Source: Patescibacteria group bacterium (GTDB taxonomy: Bacteria; Patescibacteriota; Patescibacteriia; Patescibacteriales; WJLG01). Taken from it: a DNA stretch of 62,759 nt. The notes under the pieces were generated by a model. The model was given only the letters and a program-made list of their open reading frames with translations, did not search any database and had not been told where the DNA came from. Each line of letters begins with the position of its first letter. Position 1 is the stretch's first letter. The position numbers and the translations under genes were made by a program. The DNA is taken from contig JAQTUZ010000008.1 of NCBI GenBank assembly GCA_028707065.1, forward strand, positions 1 to 62,759, written 5' to 3'. Positions 41,256 through 49,151 of the stretch are shown here, piece after piece.

Positions 41256-43058
41256 CATATGATTAATTGGTTAAAAAAGTCCGCCTTCGCCAAGGCTATG
41301 GCGGACAAGAAAGAAAATTTTGTCCCAATAATAATTTTTATTCTGGCGGCTTTGCCGTTTATTTTCAATTTCCGGGATTTTTTCGTTTCCGATGATTGGG
41401 ATTTCCTGACGCAAGTGGCCAATCCGCATCAGCCGCTTTGGCAATATTTTCTCACCAATTATGTCGGCACGCACGCGGGCGGATCATATCGTCCGCTGGT
41501 GGTTTGGTTCTGGGCTTTTTGCCATCATCTTTGGCAATTAAATTATTTTTGGTATCACCTCGTCCAGATTTTTTTGCACGCGGCCAATGTCGTCTTGCTT
41601 TATTTAATTGTTTTAAATTTTGTCTGGCCCAATAAGAAGGAAGATCGATTTGCTTGGGCAGTCGTTGCGGCGGCCATTTTCGCGATCTTGCCTAATCATT
41701 CCGAGGCCGTGGCTTGGCTGGCGGCCATCGGCGATCCGCTTTGCAGTTTCTTCTTTCTCGCCAGTTTATTGCCGCTGCTTTTTTGTTTGAAATATCCGCG
41801 GGCCAAATATTGGCTTTACGCCGGTTCTCTGGTATTTTTTTCCGCTGCTTTGTTCACCAAGGAAATGGCCATTTCGCTGCCGTTTATCGTCTTGATTTTT
41901 GCCGGTTATTATCAAGCGAGCGAGCGAAATAACGCCGCGCCTCGCGGAGATTATTTTCGAGCGAGCGCTGATAAGATTATTTATTTCTGGAAAAATCGCG
42001 CCAGCGTCAAAATGATTAAAATATTATTTGTCGTTCCGTATTTTATAATATTGGCTGGGTATTTATGGCTGCGCTATCGCGCCATCGGCTTGTTTTTTGG
42101 TTATTACGGCGCCGAGCATCTGCATCTTGGCTTAATGAAAACAGCGGCGGTTTACGGCGATATCATCACCAGTTTTGTTTTGAGCGATAATTGGCGCACG
42201 ATTTTTTCTCTTTGGTTGAATAATAATTTAGTGATTGTTTTGGCGGCTGGCATTTTACTTTTTGTCGGATTGCTCTATTTAACCTGGAAAAAAAAATGGC
42301 CGGTTTGGCCCTGGCTCGTTTTTTTATCGCTTCTGGCCAGTCTGGCGCCGGTGGCGAGCTTTGGCATCAATCTGACCAAAACGTATTTCAGCGAAGAAGG
42401 GGAGCGCTATGGCTATCTGCCGTCGCTTTTCTTTGCGATAATATTGGCGGCGGGGATTATCGCCTTATGGAAAAAAAATAATAATAAATTATATTCCAGA
42501 ATTATCTTTTCCATAATTATTATTTTGATCGCCGGCGGGTTAGCCGGGCAATTGTTGGTGAAAAATTGGCGTTATCAACAAGCGGCGATAGTGGCGCAAA
42601 AATCTCTCTCGGGCGCGGTCGCCCTGATGAGGCAAGGCGATTACATCGGAGTTTTATTTTTCGGCCTGCCGGATAATTTTCACGGCGCGCCGATCTTCCG
42701 CAACGGCTGGCAGCAAGCGATCGCTTTTTATTTGCCCCAGCCGCCGATAATCCTCTCGCCGTTCAACCGTACTGCCGATGAAACCGGGCAAAAATTCGCC
42801 GTGGAAAAAATCGATCAGAATAATTTTAATTATTACAGCGTTAAGGCGGCCAAATCGATCCTGGCCAAGCCGAATTTCTCCTCGGCCGATTATTCCACGG
42901 TTTTGCGCGATTATATTTTCGAACCGGCCGGGATCAATGACCGTTATTTTGGCGACAGTCTGCTGATAACGCTGTCAAAAGATTTGGCGGCCAATCCGCA
43001 AGTCGCCCTGTTTTTTTGGGACGGTGAAAAATGGGTCGTTTTAATCGGCCAGCGATAA
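41247..43058 (+). CDS. GT-C-like polytopic membrane glycosyltransferase (PMT/ArnT/TMTC-like)
   Basis: More than 10 TM; first loop FFVSDDWDFL (acidic DD motif shared with 45076-46539 and 56973-58676); start lies in the MITE terminus (alternative ATG 41259); in-frame PE-E repeat. Confidence 0.6.
   Translation: MTKHMINWLKKSAFAKAMADKKENFVPIIIFILAALPFIFNFRDFFVSDDWDFLTQVANPHQPLWQYFLTNYVGTHAGGSYRPLVVWFWAFCHHLWQLNYFWYHLVQIFLHAANVVLLYLIVLNFVWPNKKEDRFAWAVVAAAIFAILPNHSEAVAWLAAIGDPLCSFFFLASLLPLLFCLKYPRAKYWLYAGSLVFFSAALFTKEMAISLPFIVLIFAGYYQASERNNAAPRGDYFRASADKIIYFWKNRASVKMIKILFVVPYFIILAGYLWLRYRAIGLFFGYYGAEHLHLGLMKTAAVYGDIITSFVLSDNWRTIFSLWLNNNLVIVLAAGILLFVGLLYLTWKKKWPVWPWLVFLSLLASLAPVASFGINLTKTYFSEEGERYGYLPSLFFAIILAAGIIALWKKNNNKLYSRIIFSIIIILIAGGLAGQLLVKNWRYQQAAIVAQKSLSGAVALMRQGDYIGVLFFGLPDNFHGAPIFRNGWQQAIAFYLPQPPIILSPFNRTADETGQKFAVEKIDQNNFNYYSVKAAKSILAKPNFSSADYSTVLRDYIFEPAGINDRYFGDSLLITLSKDLAANPQVALFFWDGEKWVVLIGQR
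41905..41975 (+). repeat. PE-E element inside GT-C gene 41247-43058 (in-frame)
   Basis: gttattatcaagcgagcgagcgaaataacgccgcgcctcgcggagattattttcgagcgagcgctgataag; translated GYYQASERNNAAPRGDYFRASADK. Confidence 0.88.
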
Positions 43059-43136
43059 ATTCCGCTTTTGCGCCCCAGCCCTTGATGGTATAATTAAAAT
43101 TCGCCGAGCGGGCAGAAGATCTAAAATTATAAATTT

Positions 43137-44840
43137 ATGAACACTGCAATTCAAGCGCTTTATGACAATTTAATGTCCGTGGTCAGCGTCAAATTCGTGC
43201 TGATCATGTTTGTGGCGTTGGCGATAACTTTTGTTCTGATGAAAGCCAAACCTTGGCTGTTTTTGTTGCTGACCGGCGCGGCCGCGGCCGTTTCTTACGC
43301 TTTGATCTCCCATAATTTTATTTTATCTTTCTGGGGTTTGGTGGGCGATGAAGCGACGATCGCCGCCATTTTTAATACTTTCGCTCACGTGAGTTTCTTT
43401 TCCGATTTTGCTTATCACAATTTGCCGCCATTTTATCCGCCGCTCTTTTTTTGGATTTTCGCGCTGGTGGGAAAAATAATGTCCTGGAACGGCGTGACGA
43501 TCGCCAAATTCGCCTCGGTTGCTTCCTTTTTTCTGATTCCGCTTTTGGTTTATTGGCTTTTTAAATTTTTCAATAATCGTGATGAGAATAAAAGCGAGCT
43601 GCCCGAAGCGGCGCCGCTGCTTTTTTCCTTGTTCATTTTTATTTTGGTCGATGTCGATGTGATGATCGGCAAGCCTTACGAAGTGCTGGCCGCGGCCGCG
43701 GCGGTTCTCTGGACGATTTTTTTGGTGCGAAAAGCGCGCCAGGCTTGGAATTGGAAGATAATGGTTAGCTTTGGCGTGATCGGCGGCTTGATCTTCATGA
43801 CTTATTATCTCTGGCTGATCTTTGCCGCCATCGCTATCGCGCTTTACGCGCTGTCCGTGGCCAAGAAAGAACAATTCGTTTTCTACGGCCGACTTTTGTC
43901 CGTGGCCGGAATATCTTTGCTCGTTGCCTCGCCTTATTTATTTCCGCTTGTTTTCGCTTATTTGAAAATTGGCACGGAGAATTGGCAGACGGCGATTTTC
44001 ACGCCCAACGGATTGGTTTACAGCCTGCAGGCGCTGACCGAATTTTCCTGGCGCGGCGCGCTGATGCTCGCCGGTCTCGTTGCCGCGATTTATTATCGCC
44101 GCGACGAGCGCGTCAAGCCGGCGCTTTGCCTTTTTATCGCTTCTTATTTATGGTGGGCGATGGGATTGGCCACGGTTTATTTTTTCAACAGCCCTTTTCA
44201 AGAATTCCGCGGTTTCGGCCTGATCGACCGGCTTGCCCTCGGCTATTGCGCCGCTTTTGCCATTGCCCGATTATTCGGCAAGTGGAAAGAAAAGATCGGC
44301 CAGCGCGGGCAAGAAGTTATTTTAATAGTCGGCCTGCTTATTTTGTCGCTTTATTTGCCTTGCGGAACTTTCGTTGATGCCGACGGCGTCAGGAACAGGA
44401 TGATCAAGTCGAAATCAATGTATCCGATCGAGGTCAAGCTTTTTGATTTTTTAAAAAAAGACCAAGCGCCGCCCGGACTGGTGCTTAATTCCGGCTTGGC
44501 GGAATTGCCGGCTTTCGTGCCGGTCAACACTTTTATCTATTTCGGCCAGCATAACAATCATCCGGCGGCCCATTTTTCCGACCGCCAAGCTTATCTGCGG
44601 GCAATGGCCGGCGCCAAAGATCCGGCCGAATTTTATCGGCTTGCCGCGACGCCTTACGGGGAAATAACCCGGCTGATTTTGGCCAGAGATAAAAAGGATT
44701 ACGTGATCTATTTCAATCTGGACGAGCCGGTAGCCGGCATCAAACAGGATAATCTCAGGCTGAAAGGGGATTTGATCTCGGAAAAATATTTCACCAAAGT
44801 GTTTCAAGATGATTATTATGCGGTTTGGGATAAGAAATAA
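43137..44840 (+). CDS. polytopic membrane protein, possible GT-C-type glycosyltransferase
   Basis: 567 aa, more than 10 TM followed by a ~170-aa soluble C-terminal domain; in a cluster with GT-C-like genes. Confidence 0.5.
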   Translation: MNTAIQALYDNLMSVVSVKFVLIMFVALAITFVLMKAKPWLFLLLTGAAAAVSYALISHNFILSFWGLVGDEATIAAIFNTFAHVSFFSDFAYHNLPPFYPPLFFWIFALVGKIMSWNGVTIAKFASVASFFLIPLLVYWLFKFFNNRDENKSELPEAAPLLFSLFIFILVDVDVMIGKPYEVLAAAAAVLWTIFLVRKARQAWNWKIMVSFGVIGGLIFMTYYLWLIFAAIAIALYALSVAKKEQFVFYGRLLSVAGISLLVASPYLFPLVFAYLKIGTENWQTAIFTPNGLVYSLQALTEFSWRGALMLAGLVAAIYYRRDERVKPALCLFIASYLWWAMGLATVYFFNSPFQEFRGFGLIDRLALGYCAAFAIARLFGKWKEKIGQRGQEVILIVGLLILSLYLPCGTFVDADGVRNRMIKSKSMYPIEVKLFDFLKKDQAPPGLVLNSGLAELPAFVPVNTFIYFGQHNNHPAAHFSDRQAYLRAMAGAKDPAEFYRLAATPYGEITRLILARDKKDYVIYFNLDEPVAGIKQDNLRLKGDLISEKYFTKVFQDDYYAVWDKK

Positions 44841-44842
44841 AT

Positions 44843-45022
44843 ATGAGAGCAAGAATTATCATTGAAGAATTATTTTATTTTCTTAGTTTTACTTTGGCGG
44901 TTTTTTTCGCGCTGGAATTATTCTGGCCCAGGATCGTTTTGGCTTATCTTAATTTTTCCTGGCTGCTTTTATTTTGGCTAATCGCTGGATTTTTTCTGTT
45001 AATTTATCCTCCTGATAAATAA
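44843..45022 (+). CDS. possible small membrane protein (59 aa)
   Basis: ATG 2 nt after the upstream stop; two hydrophobic helices (FYFLSFTLAVFFALELFW, FSWLLLFWLIAGFFLLIY); below the track cut-off. Confidence 0.4.
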   Translation: MRARIIIEELFYFLSFTLAVFFALELFWPRIVLAYLNFSWLLLFWLIAGFFLLIYPPDK

Positions 45023-45048
45023 CTCCTCCTTTTTAAGGATTTTAAAAA

Positions 45049-45075
45049 ATACCCCGAGGCTTGCCAGCGGGGTAT
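45049..45075. terminator. bidirectional hairpin between convergent genes
   Basis: ataccccg-aggcttgccag-cggggtat flanked by aaaaaa and ttt. Confidence 0.65.
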
Positions 45076-46539
45076 TTAATATTTTTTTATTTTATATTCT
45101 CGGGCGTCGCCGTCCCAATACATCAGGACTTCGCCGGGCTGAAGCTGGATTTTTTCATCAGCCGGGGGAAAAATTATTCCATCATCTTTCATCCGGCCGA
45201 TGGTGATCGCCGCGCCATAGAGATGGGCGTTATTACCGGTAAAGGGGTAATCCCAGCGGATGAATAATTTTATTGGCGCCAATTTTTCGACCTCCTTCAT
45301 TGCCGCTACCAGCGACCGGCCGGTTTGATAAACATAGGGATAATCGCGGTTGACGACTTGGAATAAATAAACGGTTTGCCAGCCGGTAAGAATGATTATT
45401 ATCGCGGCCATCGCGCTGCCGCGGAGCCGAGACTTTTTTTGACTGACATGATAATGGAGAATTGCCGCCAAGATAATGATCATCCCGAAACGGGGGAGAT
45501 AGGTGTAGCGGGAAGCCAGCGGATCCCACCAATTTACGGTGGCGAGCATTATCGTCGGGGCAATAGTAATGACGATCCAAATAAATCCAAATCTGACGAG
45601 CGACAATTTTCGATAAGTGAAAGCTATTGCCACTAAAAATCCGGAACAGGCGAGGATCAGCCATCCGACTGCCAAATGATGCAAGAGAGGAGTGATTTCT
45701 CCCAGGGGGATAAAAAGATCAGCGATGACGATCGGCAGACGGGCGAAGGTATGCCAGGAAAAAGCCAGAGCGCCGCTTGATACCGTAAAACTTTGTTTTT
45801 GCCAAAGGTATTGCTGCCAACCGTAAAGTAAAAATAAAATAATTAGCGTTGTCCAATATATAAGATGCGCTTTTGAAAATATTTTATTTTTATAGTTTTT
45901 CCAAAAAATAAATAAAATCGCGATAAGCAAAACCGGAAAGATCGCCGCGATCTCTTTGCTGCCGATCGCCAAGAGCGCGGCCAGAAAAGAAAAAAGCAAG
46001 TAGATTTTTTTGCCGCCGTTCAAATAGGCAAGATAGCAGGCGATGCCGAGAAAAATAAATAAAGTGGCGATCGAATGCATATTGGCGCCGACCCAGACCA
46101 AGGGTTCAAAAGCGGCGCCCGCCCAAACGAATAGCAGCCCGGTTACCGCGGCCACGAGCCGCGAGCGGGATAATTGCCAGGCGATCAGGGCGGCTAAGAG
46201 CGAATTGGCGAGATGAACTAAAATGCCAAAAGCAAAATAAGCCGGAGCGGCAAAACCGAAAATTTGATACATCACCGTGTAAAACAAGTTCAAGACCGGC
46301 GAATAAAAACTGGACATTCGGAAAGTCAGGACGTTATAAAGATTTAAATTTATTTTGGCGCCGTGCCAAAGCCAGGTAAAATCATCCGAGAAAAAATAAG
46401 CTTTCCAAAGCGTCCAGCCGAATAAAGCGGCGGCAATGATGGCGTAAAGCAAAGCCAAGCCCAGCCAAAATTTAACGCCCGGACGGGTTTCGCCGCCATT
46501 TTCAAGAGAAAGATTGGTTGTCGAAGGGTTGATTGGCAT
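45076..46539 (-). CDS. GT-C-like polytopic membrane glycosyltransferase
   Basis: More than 10 TM; first loop YFFSDDFTWLWHG; start moved from TTG 46554 to ATG 46539, 6 nt downstream of a TATAAT box. Confidence 0.6.
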   Translation of the reverse strand: MPINPSTTNLSLENGGETRPGVKFWLGLALLYAIIAAALFGWTLWKAYFFSDDFTWLWHGAKINLNLYNVLTFRMSSFYSPVLNLFYTVMYQIFGFAAPAYFAFGILVHLANSLLAALIAWQLSRSRLVAAVTGLLFVWAGAAFEPLVWVGANMHSIATLFIFLGIACYLAYLNGGKKIYLLFSFLAALLAIGSKEIAAIFPVLLIAILFIFWKNYKNKIFSKAHLIYWTTLIILFLLYGWQQYLWQKQSFTVSSGALAFSWHTFARLPIVIADLFIPLGEITPLLHHLAVGWLILACSGFLVAIAFTYRKLSLVRFGFIWIVITIAPTIMLATVNWWDPLASRYTYLPRFGMIIILAAILHYHVSQKKSRLRGSAMAAIIIILTGWQTVYLFQVVNRDYPYVYQTGRSLVAAMKEVEKLAPIKLFIRWDYPFTGNNAHLYGAAITIGRMKDDGIIFPPADEKIQLQPGEVLMYWDGDAREYKIKKY

Positions 46540-46545
46540 GATTTG

Positions 46546-46574
46546 ATTATACAATTTCGACTAATTTAAAGCAA
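46546..46574 (-). promoter_or_regulatory. promoter giving a leaderless transcript for GT-C gene 45076-46539
   Basis: Minus strand TTGCTT-17 nt-TATAAT, then 6 nt (caaatc) before ATG 46539. Confidence 0.55.
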
Positions 46575-46692
46575 AAACCATCAGCTGCCCGGATAAAAAA
46601 AAGGGTTGCCCCAGTTCGAGAAAATTGGTATAATTTTAGCAGGATTAGGAGGAAGTTGAGCGTCCGAATAATTAAGAAATAATTGAAATTTT

Positions 46693-47670
46693 ATGATGGG
46701 GAATGAAAAATCGATTTATCCAGGCCCAGATAATGAAAATCCTTCTGCCAACGCCGGATCGTCGGAAAAATTAAAAGATACACCCAAAGAAATTTGTTAT
46801 AATCTGAGCCGGATGATGGCTGATATTGCCGTCAAAGGCAATAAAGAATTTGGAGGTAACGCGATTTTAAATAATGACGCCAGCGTAAACATGGTCCAAT
46901 GGGAAACGGGCAACGGCGGCCCGCATTCTCGGGCAGATAGAAAAAGAGATCGGAAAGTGGTAAATGAGCATCTGCTCCTTTATAGCGGACTTTCGAAAAT
47001 GGAAGAAGGGCCGAAAAGAGACGCGGCGGTCGCCGCCTGGCTGGAGAAAAGGGGATTGAGCATGACAGTTTTGATGGAGCGGTCAATCGCGGCAGCCTGC
47101 AATAAGATTGTCGGTGGTAAATTCATCATCGTTCTGCCGGCGATCTATGATGACATCGTCAACGGCGTTGATAATATGATGGTTAACAAGGAAACCGGCG
47201 ACGTGATTTGCGCTTTTGATGAGATTCGCGAGTACGAAGGTCTTCATCGGGGCGAAGCCGGTCATGAAGAAGGTACTTTAAGAAAAGTTCATTCGGATGA
47301 ATTTGCGGAATTAACCAGAAGGGAGAAGAAAGAAGAAAAGATTATCCGCAAAGCCGAGCGCGGCGGAGCGAAAATCAGGTATGGTTTTGGCAAAGAGGGC
47401 GGCAAATTAGTCAAAAAGGAAATAACCGGCGTGCCGCTGTTTTACGTTTCTTTGGCCGAGAGCGAAACCAAGCGGCTTTTAAATGGAATGGACTATGTTT
47501 CTGATCAGCCGAGCGCCGTTGAGCTGGAAGTTTTTGATAAGCTGATTCTATCTTTTGAAAAGCAGGCGGCAGATATCGGGAAAGCTAGTATTAATTCAGA
47601 CGTGCGGCGCAATCTGGCGAATTTTGAAAAATCATTGGCGGTGATGAAAGAATTGCGGAAGAGGTTTTAA
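46693..47670 (+). CDS. hypothetical protein (325 aa)
   Basis: Long ORF with no recognisable family; its last 21 codons are duplicated in diverged form at 48086-48151. Confidence 0.55.
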   Translation: MMGNEKSIYPGPDNENPSANAGSSEKLKDTPKEICYNLSRMMADIAVKGNKEFGGNAILNNDASVNMVQWETGNGGPHSRADRKRDRKVVNEHLLLYSGLSKMEEGPKRDAAVAAWLEKRGLSMTVLMERSIAAACNKIVGGKFIIVLPAIYDDIVNGVDNMMVNKETGDVICAFDEIREYEGLHRGEAGHEEGTLRKVHSDEFAELTRREKKEEKIIRKAERGGAKIRYGFGKEGGKLVKKEITGVPLFYVSLAESETKRLLNGMDYVSDQPSAVELEVFDKLILSFEKQAADIGKASINSDVRRNLANFEKSLAVMKELRKRF

Positions 47671-47708
47671 TAAATATACCCCTCCAAAATTTTCAAAAGT
47701 AAAAAACA

Positions 47709-48047
47709 ATGAAAATAACAAAAAAATCACACGAAACATTTGTACGTGAAGATGCACACGATGGAAGTGGTGGCAGAAAGTTGCTATTGGCTGACAATGA
47801 AATGAAAAATGTACAAGGAATGACATGTGGATTTTTGCCAGCTGGTGCGAAATTTGCCTGGCACACCCATGAAAAATTGAATGAAGTCATGTATGTGCTG
47901 AAGGGACAAGGTACAGTTCGTGATGAAGATGGTACTTATCCATATAATGTTGGAGATATTTTTATTTTTCCAGAGGGTATTTTCCATGAAATTGAAAACA
48001 AATCTATGGAAGAGAACGAATATATATTTGTAAGAGTTTATATATAA
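47709..48047 (+). CDS. cupin-domain protein
   Basis: GAKFAWHTHEKLNEVMYVLKGQG...GDIFIFPEGIFHEIEN (cupin motifs 1 and 2); AT-rich. Confidence 0.75.
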   Translation: MKITKKSHETFVREDAHDGSGGRKLLLADNEMKNVQGMTCGFLPAGAKFAWHTHEKLNEVMYVLKGQGTVRDEDGTYPYNVGDIFIFPEGIFHEIENKSMEENEYIFVRVYI

Positions 48048-48085
48048 GCTAGTCGGGGGTGCCATAGTCCTGACTGCGCCCGCCT

Positions 48086-48151
48086 CGGAGGAATATCGGT
48101 AATTTTGAAAAATCATTGTTGGAAATAGCCGAATTAAGAAAAAAGTTTTAA
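48086..48151 (+). pseudogene. orphan 3'-end fragment (21 codons plus stop) homologous to the end of ORF 46693-47670
   Basis: RRNIGNFEKSLLEIAELRKKF-stop versus RRNLANFEKSLAVMKELRKRF-stop at 47608-47670; includes the identical 18-mer aattttgaaaaatcattg. Confidence 0.75.
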
Positions 48152-48154
48152 AAT

Positions 48155-48305
48155 ATTCCCCTCCCTGGAGGGGTGCCGAGCCCGGCGAGGCGGGGTGGGC
48201 TATTCCCCTCCGCGGGAGGGGTGGACGCGCCGCGCGGACGGGGTGGGTTTCATTGGCGTTAATTCCCCTCCGCGGGAGGGGTGCCCGAAGGGCGGGGTGG
48301 GTTTC
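48155..48305 (-). repeat. three tandem PE-A elements upstream of the DUF559 gene
   Basis: Copies at 48155-48200, 48202-48251 and 48262-48305, each attcccctcc(ctgg/gcgg)gaggggtg-[GC palindrome]-cggggtggg(c/ttt). Confidence 0.9.
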
Positions 48306-48330
48306 AATAAAAAATTAATCAAGGAGGGGA

Positions 48331-48747
48331 ATGTTTAAAAGAAAAATATTACCATGCAACCCGAAGTTAATTGAGCTGGCCAAAAAATTAAGGAAGCAGG
48401 GGATTTTATCCGAAGTAATTTTGTGGAATCATTTGAAAGGCGGCAAACGGTTTGGCCATGATTTTCATCGCCAAAAACCAATTGATAATTATATTGTTGA
48501 TTTTTTCTCGCCCGACTTAATGTTGGCGATTGAAATCGATGGAATATCGCACGGATATAAATTTGATCAAGACGAAGAAAGAGATAGGCGGCTGGGGACG
48601 TTAGATATTAAAGTTTTAAGATTTACCGATAGCAGTGTTAAAAATAATTTGGACGGAGTTTTAGATGAAATAGATTGCTGGATAAAAGAAAATTTTCAAA
48701 CCCACCCTGCCACCGAGGCGGTGGCACCACTCCCAAGAGGGGAATAA
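48331..48747 (+). CDS. DUF559 (Vsr/restriction-endonuclease-like) domain protein
   Basis: LRKQGILSEVILWNHLKGGKRFGHDFHRQKPIDNYIVDFFSPDLMLAIEIDGISH...LDIKVLRFTDSSV; last 15 codons and the stop come from a PE-A repeat. Confidence 0.85.
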   Translation: MFKRKILPCNPKLIELAKKLRKQGILSEVILWNHLKGGKRFGHDFHRQKPIDNYIVDFFSPDLMLAIEIDGISHGYKFDQDEERDRRLGTLDIKVLRFTDSSVKNNLDGVLDEIDCWIKENFQTHPATEAVAPLPRGE

Positions 48748-48796
48748 TGCCCACCCCGTCCGGCCAGGGGCCGTCCACCCCTCCAGGGAGGGGAAT
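48698..48796 (+). repeat. two tandem PE-A elements at/after the DUF559 3' end, inverted relative to 48155-48305
   Basis: 48698-48745 aaacccaccctgccaccgaggcggtggcaccactcccaagaggggaat (supplies THPATEAVAPLPRGE-stop); 48749-48796 gcccaccccgtccggccaggggccgtccacccctccagggaggggaat. Confidence 0.9.
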
Positions 48797-48855
48797 AAAA
48801 AAAGCGCCGGAACTCGAGGTGAGTTCGGCGGCGCCTGTAAGCGAGATTGGTGTTG

Positions 48856-49071
48856 TTATCCTTTGTTTGCCCTAGCTATCGTAGGAGGATTGAAAGGGTG
48901 GATAAACTCATTGTAGAACGTAAGTGTTGCGATCAATTCAAGGATTGCACACAATATGATTGCTACAAAAGGGAGTAGCGTCCATAATGCTGCTGTAATT
49001 GGAATGATCATGCTATTAGCAACAACAATCCCCAAAACAAATATCCATGGTCTCGATTTGAAATTTTTCAT
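48856..49071 (-). CDS. small membrane protein (71 aa)
   Basis: ATG 49071 after GAAAGAGG; promoter 49119-49147; two TM helices. Confidence 0.45.
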   Translation of the reverse strand: MKNFKSRPWIFVLGIVVANSMIIPITAALWTLLPFVAIILCAILELIATLTFYNEFIHPFNPPTIARANKG

Positions 49072-49118
49072 ACACAACCTCTTTCTGTTTAATGTACTAT
49101 TCTAATTGCTTGTATTAA

Positions 49119-49147
49119 ATAATATCATATTTTACTAATTTTGTCAA
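49119..49147 (-). promoter_or_regulatory. extended -10 promoter for small membrane gene 48856-49071
   Basis: Minus strand TTGACA-17 nt (ending TGA)-TATTAT. Confidence 0.65.
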
Positions 49148-49151
49148 TAAT

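Noticed and set aside
48155-48305. Tandem PE-A copies considered as a possible CRISPR array
   Set aside because: There are only three units, of unequal length, with 1-10-nt gaps instead of 30-40-nt spacers. No cas genes are present, and the same unit is dispersed singly across the window.
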